Virus record (IMG/VR): IMGVR_UViG_3300037420_000838
Location: 1-25,935 of that record
From: a virus
Lineage: Duplodnaviria; Caudoviricetes
Length of the DNA stretch: 25,935 nucleotides
Reading direction: 5' to 3' (one strand)
The notes beneath the pieces were generated by a model. It did not search any database, was not told the origin of the DNA, and saw nothing but the letters and a program-made list of their open reading frames with translations. Position 1 is the first letter of the stretch, and every line of letters begins with the position of its first letter. Below are positions 18,385 through 25,113 of this stretch, one piece after another. The position numbers and the translations under genes are program-made.

Positions 18385-18432
18385 AAAAAGAAAAAAGCCT
18401 CGAAAGGCCAGGGTAGAAGCCATGACGAGGCT
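18385..18432 (-). terminator. Rho-independent terminator-like hairpin
   Basis: Minus strand AGCCTCG-23 nt-CGAGGCT followed by TTTTTCTTTTT. Confidence 0.5.
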
Positions 18433-18599
18433 GCCGCAAATATCGGCAAAGGTTCGGTCGGATGCAGGCCGATGCCTTGCGGGAGGAAAATCGCGACCGA
18501 AAACATCGACGCGCTCAGCGGTTGACTGCTATCGATGCAGCGTAATGCTCGCATAAATGTTTCTATCAGGGCTAAATCATTCTCTCCCTCCAATGCTGC

Positions 18600-18985
18600 A
18601 TAGAAACATTTACAAAGATTTGTTTTCTATTGATCCCAGAAAATTACAGCACAGCCCGTGTGAGTTGAGGGTAGAGACAACAACCCAGATGGTAGAAAAT
18701 AGATATGAATGGTAGCAAAAGATAGGAAACAAATCAATTGTACTACTTATTCATGCGCACAGATACGCACAGTCCAAGCGAAAAATAGATTTAAGCTATT
18801 AATTTATAACGAATAATACATACAACAACCCGTTATTGGACATACTTTTATTGGGTTTTAATTTAGCTTATTGTGTGTATAAATAGATTGATTATATTCT
18901 ATCTATATTAACAGGGGTATATAGCTAGCGAGCATGTCCAATGTCCAACCGTGAAAAGAATACACTCGTAAAACCCCGTATTTTC
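18600..18985. promoter_or_regulatory. AT-rich non-coding island at the strand switch (divergent control region, origin or terminus candidate)
   Basis: Sharp drop in GC relative to the flanks; no credible ORF; genes diverge on either side. Confidence 0.6.
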
Positions 18986-19209
18986 CAGCACCAATCGCAT
19001 TTCGTGCGTACGCCCGTGCGCATTGCGTGCGCATTTCGTGCGCACAGTAGACTACACGAATATCCCGTAAATTACAGCTCCGAATGCATGTACGTGCGCA
19101 CGCGAGCACAGCGTGTATAAAAAGCTGCCATTCGAGTGCGCACGCTATTATTATGCGCTCCGGATGCATGTCGTTACACGCGCGAACCCGCGCCAGGAGC
19201 ACCGATAAT

Positions 19210-19560
19210 ATGGCGGCACGAAAGACAGATATTCGCAAATTGCCCGAGAAAGGGGGGAGCGGACCGAATCCCGCATTGATCGAGCAATTAAAACGCGAAG
19301 GCAAGCTGAAGGTATATAGCACGCCGGAAGAAATGCAGCGCGCACGCGAGGAGCGAAAACAACGCGGCGTGGTAGAGACCCCGGTTTATTTGCTGCCTGA
19401 CGATCACTTTCGCAAGCGCAAGCGTTGCAACGTCACGCTCAGCAAGGAAGCGCGCACGATTGCGAAGCGGATCGGCGGGGGCGTGGTTAGCCGAGGAATC
19501 GAAAGGGCGCTGTTGCATTGGGGAGATTGCCCGCGCACGAAGAAACGGGGCACGAAATGA
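19210..19560 (+). CDS. Putative ribbon-helix-helix DNA-binding protein
   Basis: Likely start ATG 19210; C-terminal RCNVTLSKEARTIAKRIGGGVVSRGIERAL has the strand-helix-Gly turn-helix pattern. Confidence 0.55.
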   Translation: MAARKTDIRKLPEKGGSGPNPALIEQLKREGKLKVYSTPEEMQRAREERKQRGVVETPVYLLPDDHFRKRKRCNVTLSKEARTIAKRIGGGVVSRGIERALLHWGDCPRTKKRGTK

Positions 19561-19784
19561 GGGTGCGCATTTGGAGATGCCACGACGGGAGACGCATGCT
19601 GGTAAGCGATATGCACGACGCTCACCTGGAGAACGCGATTGCGATGATATATCGCGGTCACGACGCGAAGGGCCGGGTCGTTACGTATCGAACGCAGCGC
19701 ATGCTACCGGCTCTGCTGGTGGAGCGCGAGATTAGAAACATTCGACGAGACGAGCGGAATTATAACAATCCGCTTTGGGGGTAG
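19557..19784 (+). CDS. Conserved hypothetical phage protein
   Basis: ATGA coupling; W...DGR...SDM.DAHLENAI pattern recurrent in phage small ORFs. Confidence 0.65.
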   Translation: MRVRIWRCHDGRRMLVSDMHDAHLENAIAMIYRGHDAKGRVVTYRTQRMLPALLVEREIRNIRRDERNYNNPLWG

Positions 19785-19796
19785 GAGGGATGATCT

Positions 19797-20126
19797 GTGA
19801 ATGCTGCCGCAAGCGCATCGAAGCCGAAACTCCTTACTGGATGCGCGCGAAGCCGTGCGGCGCTGCTGGTACGATTGAAATCGATGCTGATCGATGCCGA
19901 GAAACGTTTCTATCAGGTGCGCTATGCCCAAGAACAAGCTCGTAAGATTGCGAATATATCTAAGCCCCGACGGTTGCGAATGGTGCGTGCTCGAGGGACA
20001 TCCGCAAACAAACGAGCGGCTGGCCGTATGCCGCGAGCTGCGGGACAGCACCCTGAGGGGGAGAGCAGTTTGGGCACGCAGCGAGCTGAAAGAAACGAAT
20101 CGGTATTTTCTGGGAGAAGTTCGTGA
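19797..20126 (+). CDS. Hypothetical protein (frame uncertain; alternative 19894/19924-20130)
   Basis: GTG start with AGGAGG RBS and GTGA coupling to the next ORF; an overlapping frame is also open. Confidence 0.4.
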   Translation: MNAAASASKPKLLTGCARSRAALLVRLKSMLIDAEKRFYQVRYAQEQARKIANISKPRRLRMVRARGTSANKRAAGRMPRAAGQHPEGESSLGTQRAERNESVFSGRSS

Positions 20127-20347
20127 CTAGCCGACCGAAGCTGAAAGTTATAATCGGCCGCACGCGCTGCGCGAGGCATCCGCTGTATCAGGCGATGACT
20201 CTTTGTACCAATGGCGAGCTGCCTGATGGTAGACTCGTGCATATCGCGAAGGCCGGGGAGAGGGTGAATTGCAGGGATTGCATTCGTATTGTTTATTACG
20301 CGCGGGCGTTCGAACGGATGATCGCGCCCGAGGTACCGGAGGCATGA
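20123..20347 (+). CDS. Hypothetical Cys/His-containing protein
   Basis: GGAG RBS; H...LC...VNCRDC pattern. Confidence 0.55.
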   Translation: MTSRPKLKVIIGRTRCARHPLYQAMTLCTNGELPDGRLVHIAKAGERVNCRDCIRIVYYARAFERMIAPEVPEA

Positions 20348-20586
20348 TGGCGACGAGGTATTCTCAATTCAAAACGTTTCAAAGCGATCCCTGGCAACCG
20401 AAGGATCGACTGAAGACGATGGACGAGCGTTGCCTGTGCGGCAACCTTTTCGGGGAACATTACAACGGACGGTGTCCGGAGGAGGCAGAGGACGATCCGA
20501 ACTACGATGGGGCTCCGTATTGTTCTGATTGCGGAGCGCGCGAACGGAAGTATTGCAATTGCCATCCACGAGCTGAGGAAGTATGA
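20344..20586 (+). CDS. Hypothetical Cys-rich protein
   Basis: GGAGG RBS and ATGA coupling; CLCG...H...C and CSDCG...CNC motifs. Confidence 0.55.
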   Translation: MMATRYSQFKTFQSDPWQPKDRLKTMDERCLCGNLFGEHYNGRCPEEAEDDPNYDGAPYCSDCGARERKYCNCHPRAEEV

Positions 20587-20966
20587 AAGCAAACATTCGC
20601 ACGAAGAAAACGTACGCCGAGCATAAAGCCGCAGGAAACATTTGGGTTCGCGTCAATAGTATTGAAAAGCAGATCGCGAACGAGGCGGGAGACGGCAATA
20701 TGGCGGAGGGCGTACGCGTAGCGCTGCGCTATTACGCCGAACGTCGGCTGGCGTTGACTCACCCTGAATTAACGAACAAGGAGCACAGAAATGGACAGCA
20801 AGACAGCGGGACGATTGATGACGCTTCGCCAGGCATCCGAGTTGCTGCTGACGTTATCGCACGAGACGGGGACGAATTACGATCAGGCGCGCAATGCGCT
20901 GACGAAAGCGGCGCGGGAGATCGAGAATCAGGCGGCGCTCGCTTGGTTAAAGGAGCAAGAACGTAA
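20583..20966 (+). CDS. Second putative ribbon-helix-helix protein
   Basis: IWVRVNSIEKQIANEAGDGNMAEGVRVAL; ATGA coupling. Confidence 0.5.
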   Translation: MKANIRTKKTYAEHKAAGNIWVRVNSIEKQIANEAGDGNMAEGVRVALRYYAERRLALTHPELTNKEHRNGQQDSGTIDDASPGIRVAADVIARDGDELRSGAQCADESGAGDRESGGARLVKGART

Positions 20967-21012
20967 ACCGGGGCAGCGGGTAGCGATGTCGGGGCGGCGC
21001 AAGAATCAATAG
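20791..21012 (+). CDS. Hypothetical protein
   Basis: AAGGAG RBS; helical 73 aa. Confidence 0.55.
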   Translation: MDSKTAGRLMTLRQASELLLTLSHETGTNYDQARNALTKAAREIENQAALAWLKEQERKPGQRVAMSGRRKNQ

Positions 21013-21035
21013 TATATAAACGGAGGGATCGGTCG

Positions 21036-21371
21036 ATGAGCGAGCATAGCCATAAATGCGGACATCATTCGATGTTTCCTAGGGTCGGCATCGATCCGCA
21101 TCCTGATGTGCAAGGGTGCGGGCACGTATGGGCGCACCCGTTGCCGCCGCCAGGGGCAAGTGACGAGGAATATAAACAACGGCATATATGCCCGGCATGC
21201 GGTGCGGGTCCGTGGTATAACAAATGGTTTGGTACGAGCGCGTGGCGTGCCGACCGTCGAGAGTTGATAGAAATAAGCGCGCAGCCCCCGGACGATCCGC
21301 AGCGGTTGTGGGATGAGATAGAAGCGATGTTAGGGATGATCCAATATATGCAGCAACGGGGTCGGAGATGA
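21036..21371 (+). CDS. Hypothetical zinc-binding protein
   Basis: GGAGG RBS; HKCG...GCGHVWAH...HICPACG. Confidence 0.6.
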   Translation: MSEHSHKCGHHSMFPRVGIDPHPDVQGCGHVWAHPLPPPGASDEEYKQRHICPACGAGPWYNKWFGTSAWRADRRELIEISAQPPDDPQRLWDEIEAMLGMIQYMQQRGRR

Positions 21372-21724
21372 CGCGACCGCGAACGCATATGACATGGCGC
21401 GTCGTTGAGCCCGACCGCATGAAGACGAGCTTGCAAGAGAGCGAGCTGCAAACCCTGATACCTAACGAAAGTACGAGTTGGCCAGGCGTATATCGTTGGG
21501 TAACCGTAGCTCGCGGGAACGGATTCGATTTGAAGGCGATTGCGGATGCGCTGAACCAGGCGCGCTTCGCATTTTTCAATGTTCGTAGATTAGAGGACAC
21601 AAGGAATGATTCCGTTAATTTGTTTAGTATTGATTCTGCTTCTGACAGCAATTCCGTTATGGGTGCGAAGAAGACGAGAAGCGTGGCACGAAAAAAGACA
21701 ACGCATGCTCGCCGAGGTAAATAA
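21368..21724 (+). CDS. Hypothetical protein
   Basis: ATGA coupling; 3' end overlaps the next ORF. Confidence 0.45.
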   Translation: MTRPRTHMTWRVVEPDRMKTSLQESELQTLIPNESTSWPGVYRWVTVARGNGFDLKAIADALNQARFAFFNVRRLEDTRNDSVNLFSIDSASDSNSVMGAKKTRSVARKKTTHARRGK

Positions 21725-21950
21725 GCTGCCGGTGCCCCAGCCGAAATTCTTGCAGATGCATATGCAGGGTTATAACTATTTAGAGATAGCGGGCAGGCTC
21801 GGCTATCCGTCCGCATTCGTGCATCGGGAGCTGGCGCGGGCTTATGCATCGTTGCGCTTGCAGATGCCGCCGAGCCGATTTCGGAAGAGCCGGAGAATCG
21901 GCAAGCTGAGAACGTTCGCTATCGCATTCCTAATGGGAGGACCGAAATAA
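21606..21950 (+). CDS. Sigma70 region 4/LuxR-like HTH protein with N-terminal transmembrane helix
   Basis: LP..Q...L.MHMQGYNYLEIAGRLG....VHRELARAYASLR matches the sigma4 pattern; hydrophobic N-terminus followed by RRRR. Confidence 0.65.
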   Translation: MIPLICLVLILLLTAIPLWVRRRREAWHEKRQRMLAEVNKLPVPQPKFLQMHMQGYNYLEIAGRLGYPSAFVHRELARAYASLRLQMPPSRFRKSRRIGKLRTFAIAFLMGGPK

Positions 21951-22008
21951 AATAGCATTGAATAGAATCGTACCAACCGCTCAGCAATTAGAAACACAGG
22001 TGACAGAG

Positions 22009-22467
22009 ATGCGAAACTATTACGACTTGAAGAACGAGGTAGCAAAATTCCTGACGGATAACCCTGAGATCGCTGTTATAACAATGAAGCGACCGAAGGC
22101 TATCCCGCGCAGCTATTACGAGGATCCTTCGAAAGAAAGCTACGGCCGCATTCCCGGGACGTGCGACCGCGTACAACAGATCATCGACGAGATCATGGTC
22201 GATGGGGAGACGGTAACGTACGCGAAGAAAAATCAATTGTTTAATAAGCTGCACGACGAGATCACGACGGTATTTCGCCGGGAGCTGGATGCCGTGCTCC
22301 ATCAGAAGTTCGATTTGCTCGGCCGTATTTCTTCGATCATCGAAGATTTGCAGCAGGCGCATACGATGGCTCGAACCGAACGGCCCGAGCCGAAGCCCGA
22401 TTCTAATCAGGCTAGACGGCGACGCGGTGAGCATGTGATTGAAGTCGAAGAGGAGGAAAGCCCGTGA
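22009..22467 (+). CDS. Hypothetical protein
   Basis: Likely ATG 22009 with AGGTG RBS; GTGA coupling to the next ORF. Confidence 0.6.
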   Translation: MRNYYDLKNEVAKFLTDNPEIAVITMKRPKAIPRSYYEDPSKESYGRIPGTCDRVQQIIDEIMVDGETVTYAKKNQLFNKLHDEITTVFRRELDAVLHQKFDLLGRISSIIEDLQQAHTMARTERPEPKPDSNQARRRRGEHVIEVEEEESP

Positions 22468-22748
22468 ACAAACAATGCATTCATAATTGCGGCCGCGATG
22501 CCGTAACGAGCACGGGCCGGCCGACGAAAAGCGGTGAATGCCCGACGTGTCGCAGCGGGTTCTATTATTGGAAGAGCAAGACCGTTGTGAAACGATTGAA
22601 ACGTCGCAACCAGCTCGACGTTCTTAGCTCCAGGTTGGATACGCATTTCAATACTAAAGGGAAGCCGAACACAACGCCGCTCGTGCAGCCCGACCCGAAG
22701 AGCTACGGGGGAAAAGTGATCGTGCTGCGCGAACGTCGCAAGGCATAA
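22464..22748 (+). CDS. Hypothetical zinc-finger-like basic protein
   Basis: GAGGAGG RBS; CIHNC...CPTC. Confidence 0.6.
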   Translation: MNKQCIHNCGRDAVTSTGRPTKSGECPTCRSGFYYWKSKTVVKRLKRRNQLDVLSSRLDTHFNTKGKPNTTPLVQPDPKSYGGKVIVLRERRKA

Positions 22749-22776
22749 CGTTTTCTAAACATCGCAAGGAAATAAA

Positions 22777-23130
22777 ATGGTTACGAAGAAACAGTCTCCG
22801 TTAAAGGGTCGCAAGCAATCCCCTGAAACAATCGCGAAGCGTATGGCTACGCTCGCCGCGAAGCGTGCCGCACGCGAGAAGGAGGAACGCTCGTTCAACC
22901 TGTTGGAGCCGCAACAGAAACGGAAATATAACAAGCGCAAGGTCGTCGTCGATACTCGCACCCCCGAGCAGCTAAAGCGCGACGTGCAAGAAGCGATCTG
23001 GTGTATCGATAAAGCGGTGGCTGGCACTCGTTTGAAAATTCGCAGCGGAGAAATTTCGCTGACGGATGTTACAGACGAGGAAACGTTTCTTTATATGGCG
23101 AAGCGTTATCTCGAAGGAGGCTTGCGATGA
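22777..23130 (+). CDS. Protein with N-terminal NUMOD3-like DNA-binding motif
   Basis: KGRKQSPETIAKR fits NUMOD3 (GxKxSxETxxK); AAGGA RBS; no nuclease motif. Confidence 0.6.
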   Translation: MVTKKQSPLKGRKQSPETIAKRMATLAAKRAAREKEERSFNLLEPQQKRKYNKRKVVVDTRTPEQLKRDVQEAIWCIDKAVAGTRLKIRSGEISLTDVTDEETFLYMAKRYLEGGLR

Positions 23131-23459
23131 AATATCTGGGAGCATTGATTATATTGTTTGCTGTGGGAAGTAGCATATATTTCCTAAGCAAATACGAACC
23201 CGCATCGGATGCACCCGAACGCAAGCCGCACGTAGCGGACGTGCTACGAAGCTTTCAGACGGGCCAGGTTACCGTTGCCGAATTCCGGGATAGCTCCGGC
23301 CGCATTTGCGTCCTAGCGAGCACGGCAAGCGGCGACGGGCGCGGCGGTCGTGCGGTCGCGCTCGATTGCGCATATGCAACCGACCCCCCGATAGCTATCG
23401 AACGGCTCCCCCCGCTCGATTACGAAGCGCTTCCGAGCTACGAGAAACGGCCGCTTTGA
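23127..23459 (+). CDS. Hypothetical membrane-anchored/exported protein
   Basis: GGAGG RBS; N-terminal hydrophobic helix; C...ALDC cysteine pair. Confidence 0.6.
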   Translation: MKYLGALIILFAVGSSIYFLSKYEPASDAPERKPHVADVLRSFQTGQVTVAEFRDSSGRICVLASTASGDGRGGRAVALDCAYATDPPIAIERLPPLDYEALPSYEKRPL

Positions 23460-23588
23460 CGGGGCTACCCCAGCCGGATTCCGGTCGATGTGCACCGCAG
23501 AATTCGGCCGGGGCTTCCCGGAGCTGCATAAAAACAGCCGATTTTCAGGGTATTTTCGGGGCTCGAAATCTTGCAAGAATCCGTTCGA

Positions 23589-23601
23589 AATCAAAGACTT
23601 A
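23589..23601 (+). promoter_or_regulatory. IHF-consensus site
   Basis: AATCAA-AGAC-TTA matches WATCAANNNNTTR, within a 560-nt intergenic region. Confidence 0.4.
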
Positions 23602-24019
23602 AGCTGGTCCGTAAACCCGGCTTTTCGACCGGCTTCCCGATCCGGTTCTTCTCGTTATGTGAAATTGAGATCCCGGTAAAACCTGCTTCGTATAAGCCCC
23701 GCTGCGACGTGATCGGCACCCAGGGAATAGGAAAGCACCGGGTATACCGGGCGCGGCCGAGCGGGGCTTATATGCAGCCAGGAAACGGGGCCGGGTCCGG
23801 AAAGCTCCGACGCAGCCGCACGCGGGGTAACCGGCCGAACGTCCGAGCGCTGCGCCGGGTTCCGTACGGGTTTCTAGCTACGTAAAAGAGGCAAAGATTT
23901 TTAGATTATTATGTAAAAACAGACCTTTTTCGGGCGTGCACCTGGTTAATATGGGTTCCACGGCGGGACGAACGCCGGACCGAAAAAACCGAATCGAAAC
24001 CTAACCACTGGAGCATACG

Positions 24020-24319
24020 ATGGAAACGAATACCGAAACGACCGCGACCCCGGCCTCTCTCGCCCCGACGAAGCCGAAGGCGGCGAAGAAGCCCGCGAAG
24101 AAGGCTGCGCCCGAGAAAAAGGCCGGCGGCGCGAAGCTCGTCAAGCAGGCGAGCGGGGATCGCATCCCGCTCAAATCCCTGTGCGCGAAGCTGAAAATCG
24201 AGCCGCGTCTGGCCCGTCGCAAGCTGCGCGCCGCCGAACTGTCGTTCCACGATAAGCGCGACCGCTGGAACTTTACGGCCGCGCAGGCGGCGAAGGCGAC
24301 GGAAATCCTTCGCGCGTAG
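24020..24319 (+). CDS. Small basic putative DNA-binding protein (Lys/Ala/Pro-rich tail plus HTH-like domain)
   Basis: GGAG RBS; KPKAAKKPAKKAAPEKK; IPLKSLCAKLKIEPRLARRKLR...RWNF; strong GC3 bias. Confidence 0.7.
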   Translation: METNTETTATPASLAPTKPKAAKKPAKKAAPEKKAGGAKLVKQASGDRIPLKSLCAKLKIEPRLARRKLRAAELSFHDKRDRWNFTAAQAAKATEILRA

Positions 24320-24329
24320 CACGCGGTGA

Positions 24330-24404
24330 GGCCGAAACGGGCGCGCATGCGATCTCAGCGCAGCGCGACCCGTCTGCCGGTAATCTTCCGGCACTGATGA
24401 GGCC
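24330..24404 (+). ncRNA. Hammerhead ribozyme 1 (type II); predicted cleavage after C24374
   Basis: GGCC-GAAA-[stem III CGGG CGCGC a TGCG loop CGCA GCGCG a CCCG]-TC-[stem I TGCCGG taatctt CCGGCA]-CTGATGA-GGCC. All core nucleotides and three stems are present, with a GUC triplet. Confidence 0.93.
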
Positions 24405-24410
24405 AGTCCC

Positions 24411-24767
24411 GTGAAATACCGATTCTCTCCGCTCGCCGGTCGGCGCGTGCTGCATAGCGACAGCATGCTCCAGCTTCTCGGGGTCAAAAAGCTCCCGGTT
24501 CTGGGCATGCCCGTTACCCTGCTTCCCGGCATCGATTCGACGGGCAAGCCCGTCCAAATCTCCGTCTGGGTCGCTCCGTTCGTTCCGAAATTCCGACCCG
24601 GCTGGAACGGTGCCCCGAAGCGCGTCAAATCGAGCACGCATCGCGTGCGCTGCAAGTGCCCCGGTTGCGGCGTTGAGCTTTCGGCCGGCCGGTTATTCCA
24701 GCACGTTTGCGAGCCCCCGCTGAAAACTCCCGTCGCTTTCGGGGATCAGCACGGGCTAACGCTATAG
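24411..24767 (+). CDS. Hypothetical protein with C-terminal zinc finger (CPGC...H.C)
   Basis: GTG start 6 nt after ribozyme 1; the TAG stop overlaps the first base of ribozyme 2. Confidence 0.7.
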   Translation: MKYRFSPLAGRRVLHSDSMLQLLGVKKLPVLGMPVTLLPGIDSTGKPVQISVWVAPFVPKFRPGWNGAPKRVKSSTHRVRCKCPGCGVELSAGRLFQHVCEPPLKTPVAFGDQHGLTL

Positions 24768-24819
24768 GTCGAAACGCGCGCCAAGCGCGTCCGCACGTTA
24801 CGCGTGCGCTGACGAGACC
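24767..24819 (+). ncRNA. Hammerhead ribozyme 2 (type II); predicted cleavage after C24791
   Basis: GGTC-GAAA-CGCGC gccaa GCGCG-TC-CGCACG ttacg CGTGCG-CTGACGA-GACC. Stems differ in sequence from ribozymes 1 and 3 but keep pairing. Confidence 0.93.
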
Positions 24820-24847
24820 GATTTCTAATAACGATTGCGGAGGATTT

Positions 24848-25048
24848 ATGCTTACGCCCGAACAGATCGAAGTCGCTAAGGCATTGCTGCTCGTACGACC
24901 CGACGTGGTTTTAGGTACGCGTGCGATTATCAACCCGCATTTCGCGGCAGCCTGGCACGATATCGTGCGCTATCAGCTCCAAAAACTGAAGATCGGACGC
25001 GCCGACGACCGCACCGCGTTTTGCGACGTTGCTGGCGTCGCCGATTAA
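24848..25048 (+). CDS. Hypothetical protein (66 aa)
   Basis: ATG 24848 with GGAGG RBS; the TAA stop abuts ribozyme 3. Confidence 0.7.
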   Translation: MLTPEQIEVAKALLLVRPDVVLGTRAIINPHFAAAWHDIVRYQLQKLKIGRADDRTAFCDVAGVAD

Positions 25049-25106
25049 GGCCGAAACGCTCGCATCGAGCGGGCGTCTGCCGGTATATGCCGGTACTGAT
25101 GAGGCC
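25049..25106 (+). ncRNA. Hammerhead ribozyme 3 (type II); predicted cleavage after C25077
   Basis: GGCC-GAAA-CGCTCGC atcga GCGGGCG-TC-TGCCGG tatatg CCGGTA-CTGATGA-GGCC, with G-U wobble substitutions that preserve the stems. Confidence 0.93.
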
Positions 25107-25113
25107 GTGATTT

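Noticed and set aside
23638-23919. Complete dif (XerC/XerD) site
   Set aside because: Only XerD-like arms are present; the XerC-arm positions do not match the consensus, so no dif feature is called.
23909-24655. 248-aa minus-strand ORF across ribozyme 1
   Set aside because: Antisense shadow of GC3-biased plus-strand genes; Arg-rich and motif-less.
24330-25106. CRISPR array or integron attC cassette array as an explanation of the intergenic repeats
   Set aside because: The repeats are not identical, are separated by whole ORFs and lack the attC RYYYAAC...GTTRRRY ends; the hammerhead consensus explains them fully.
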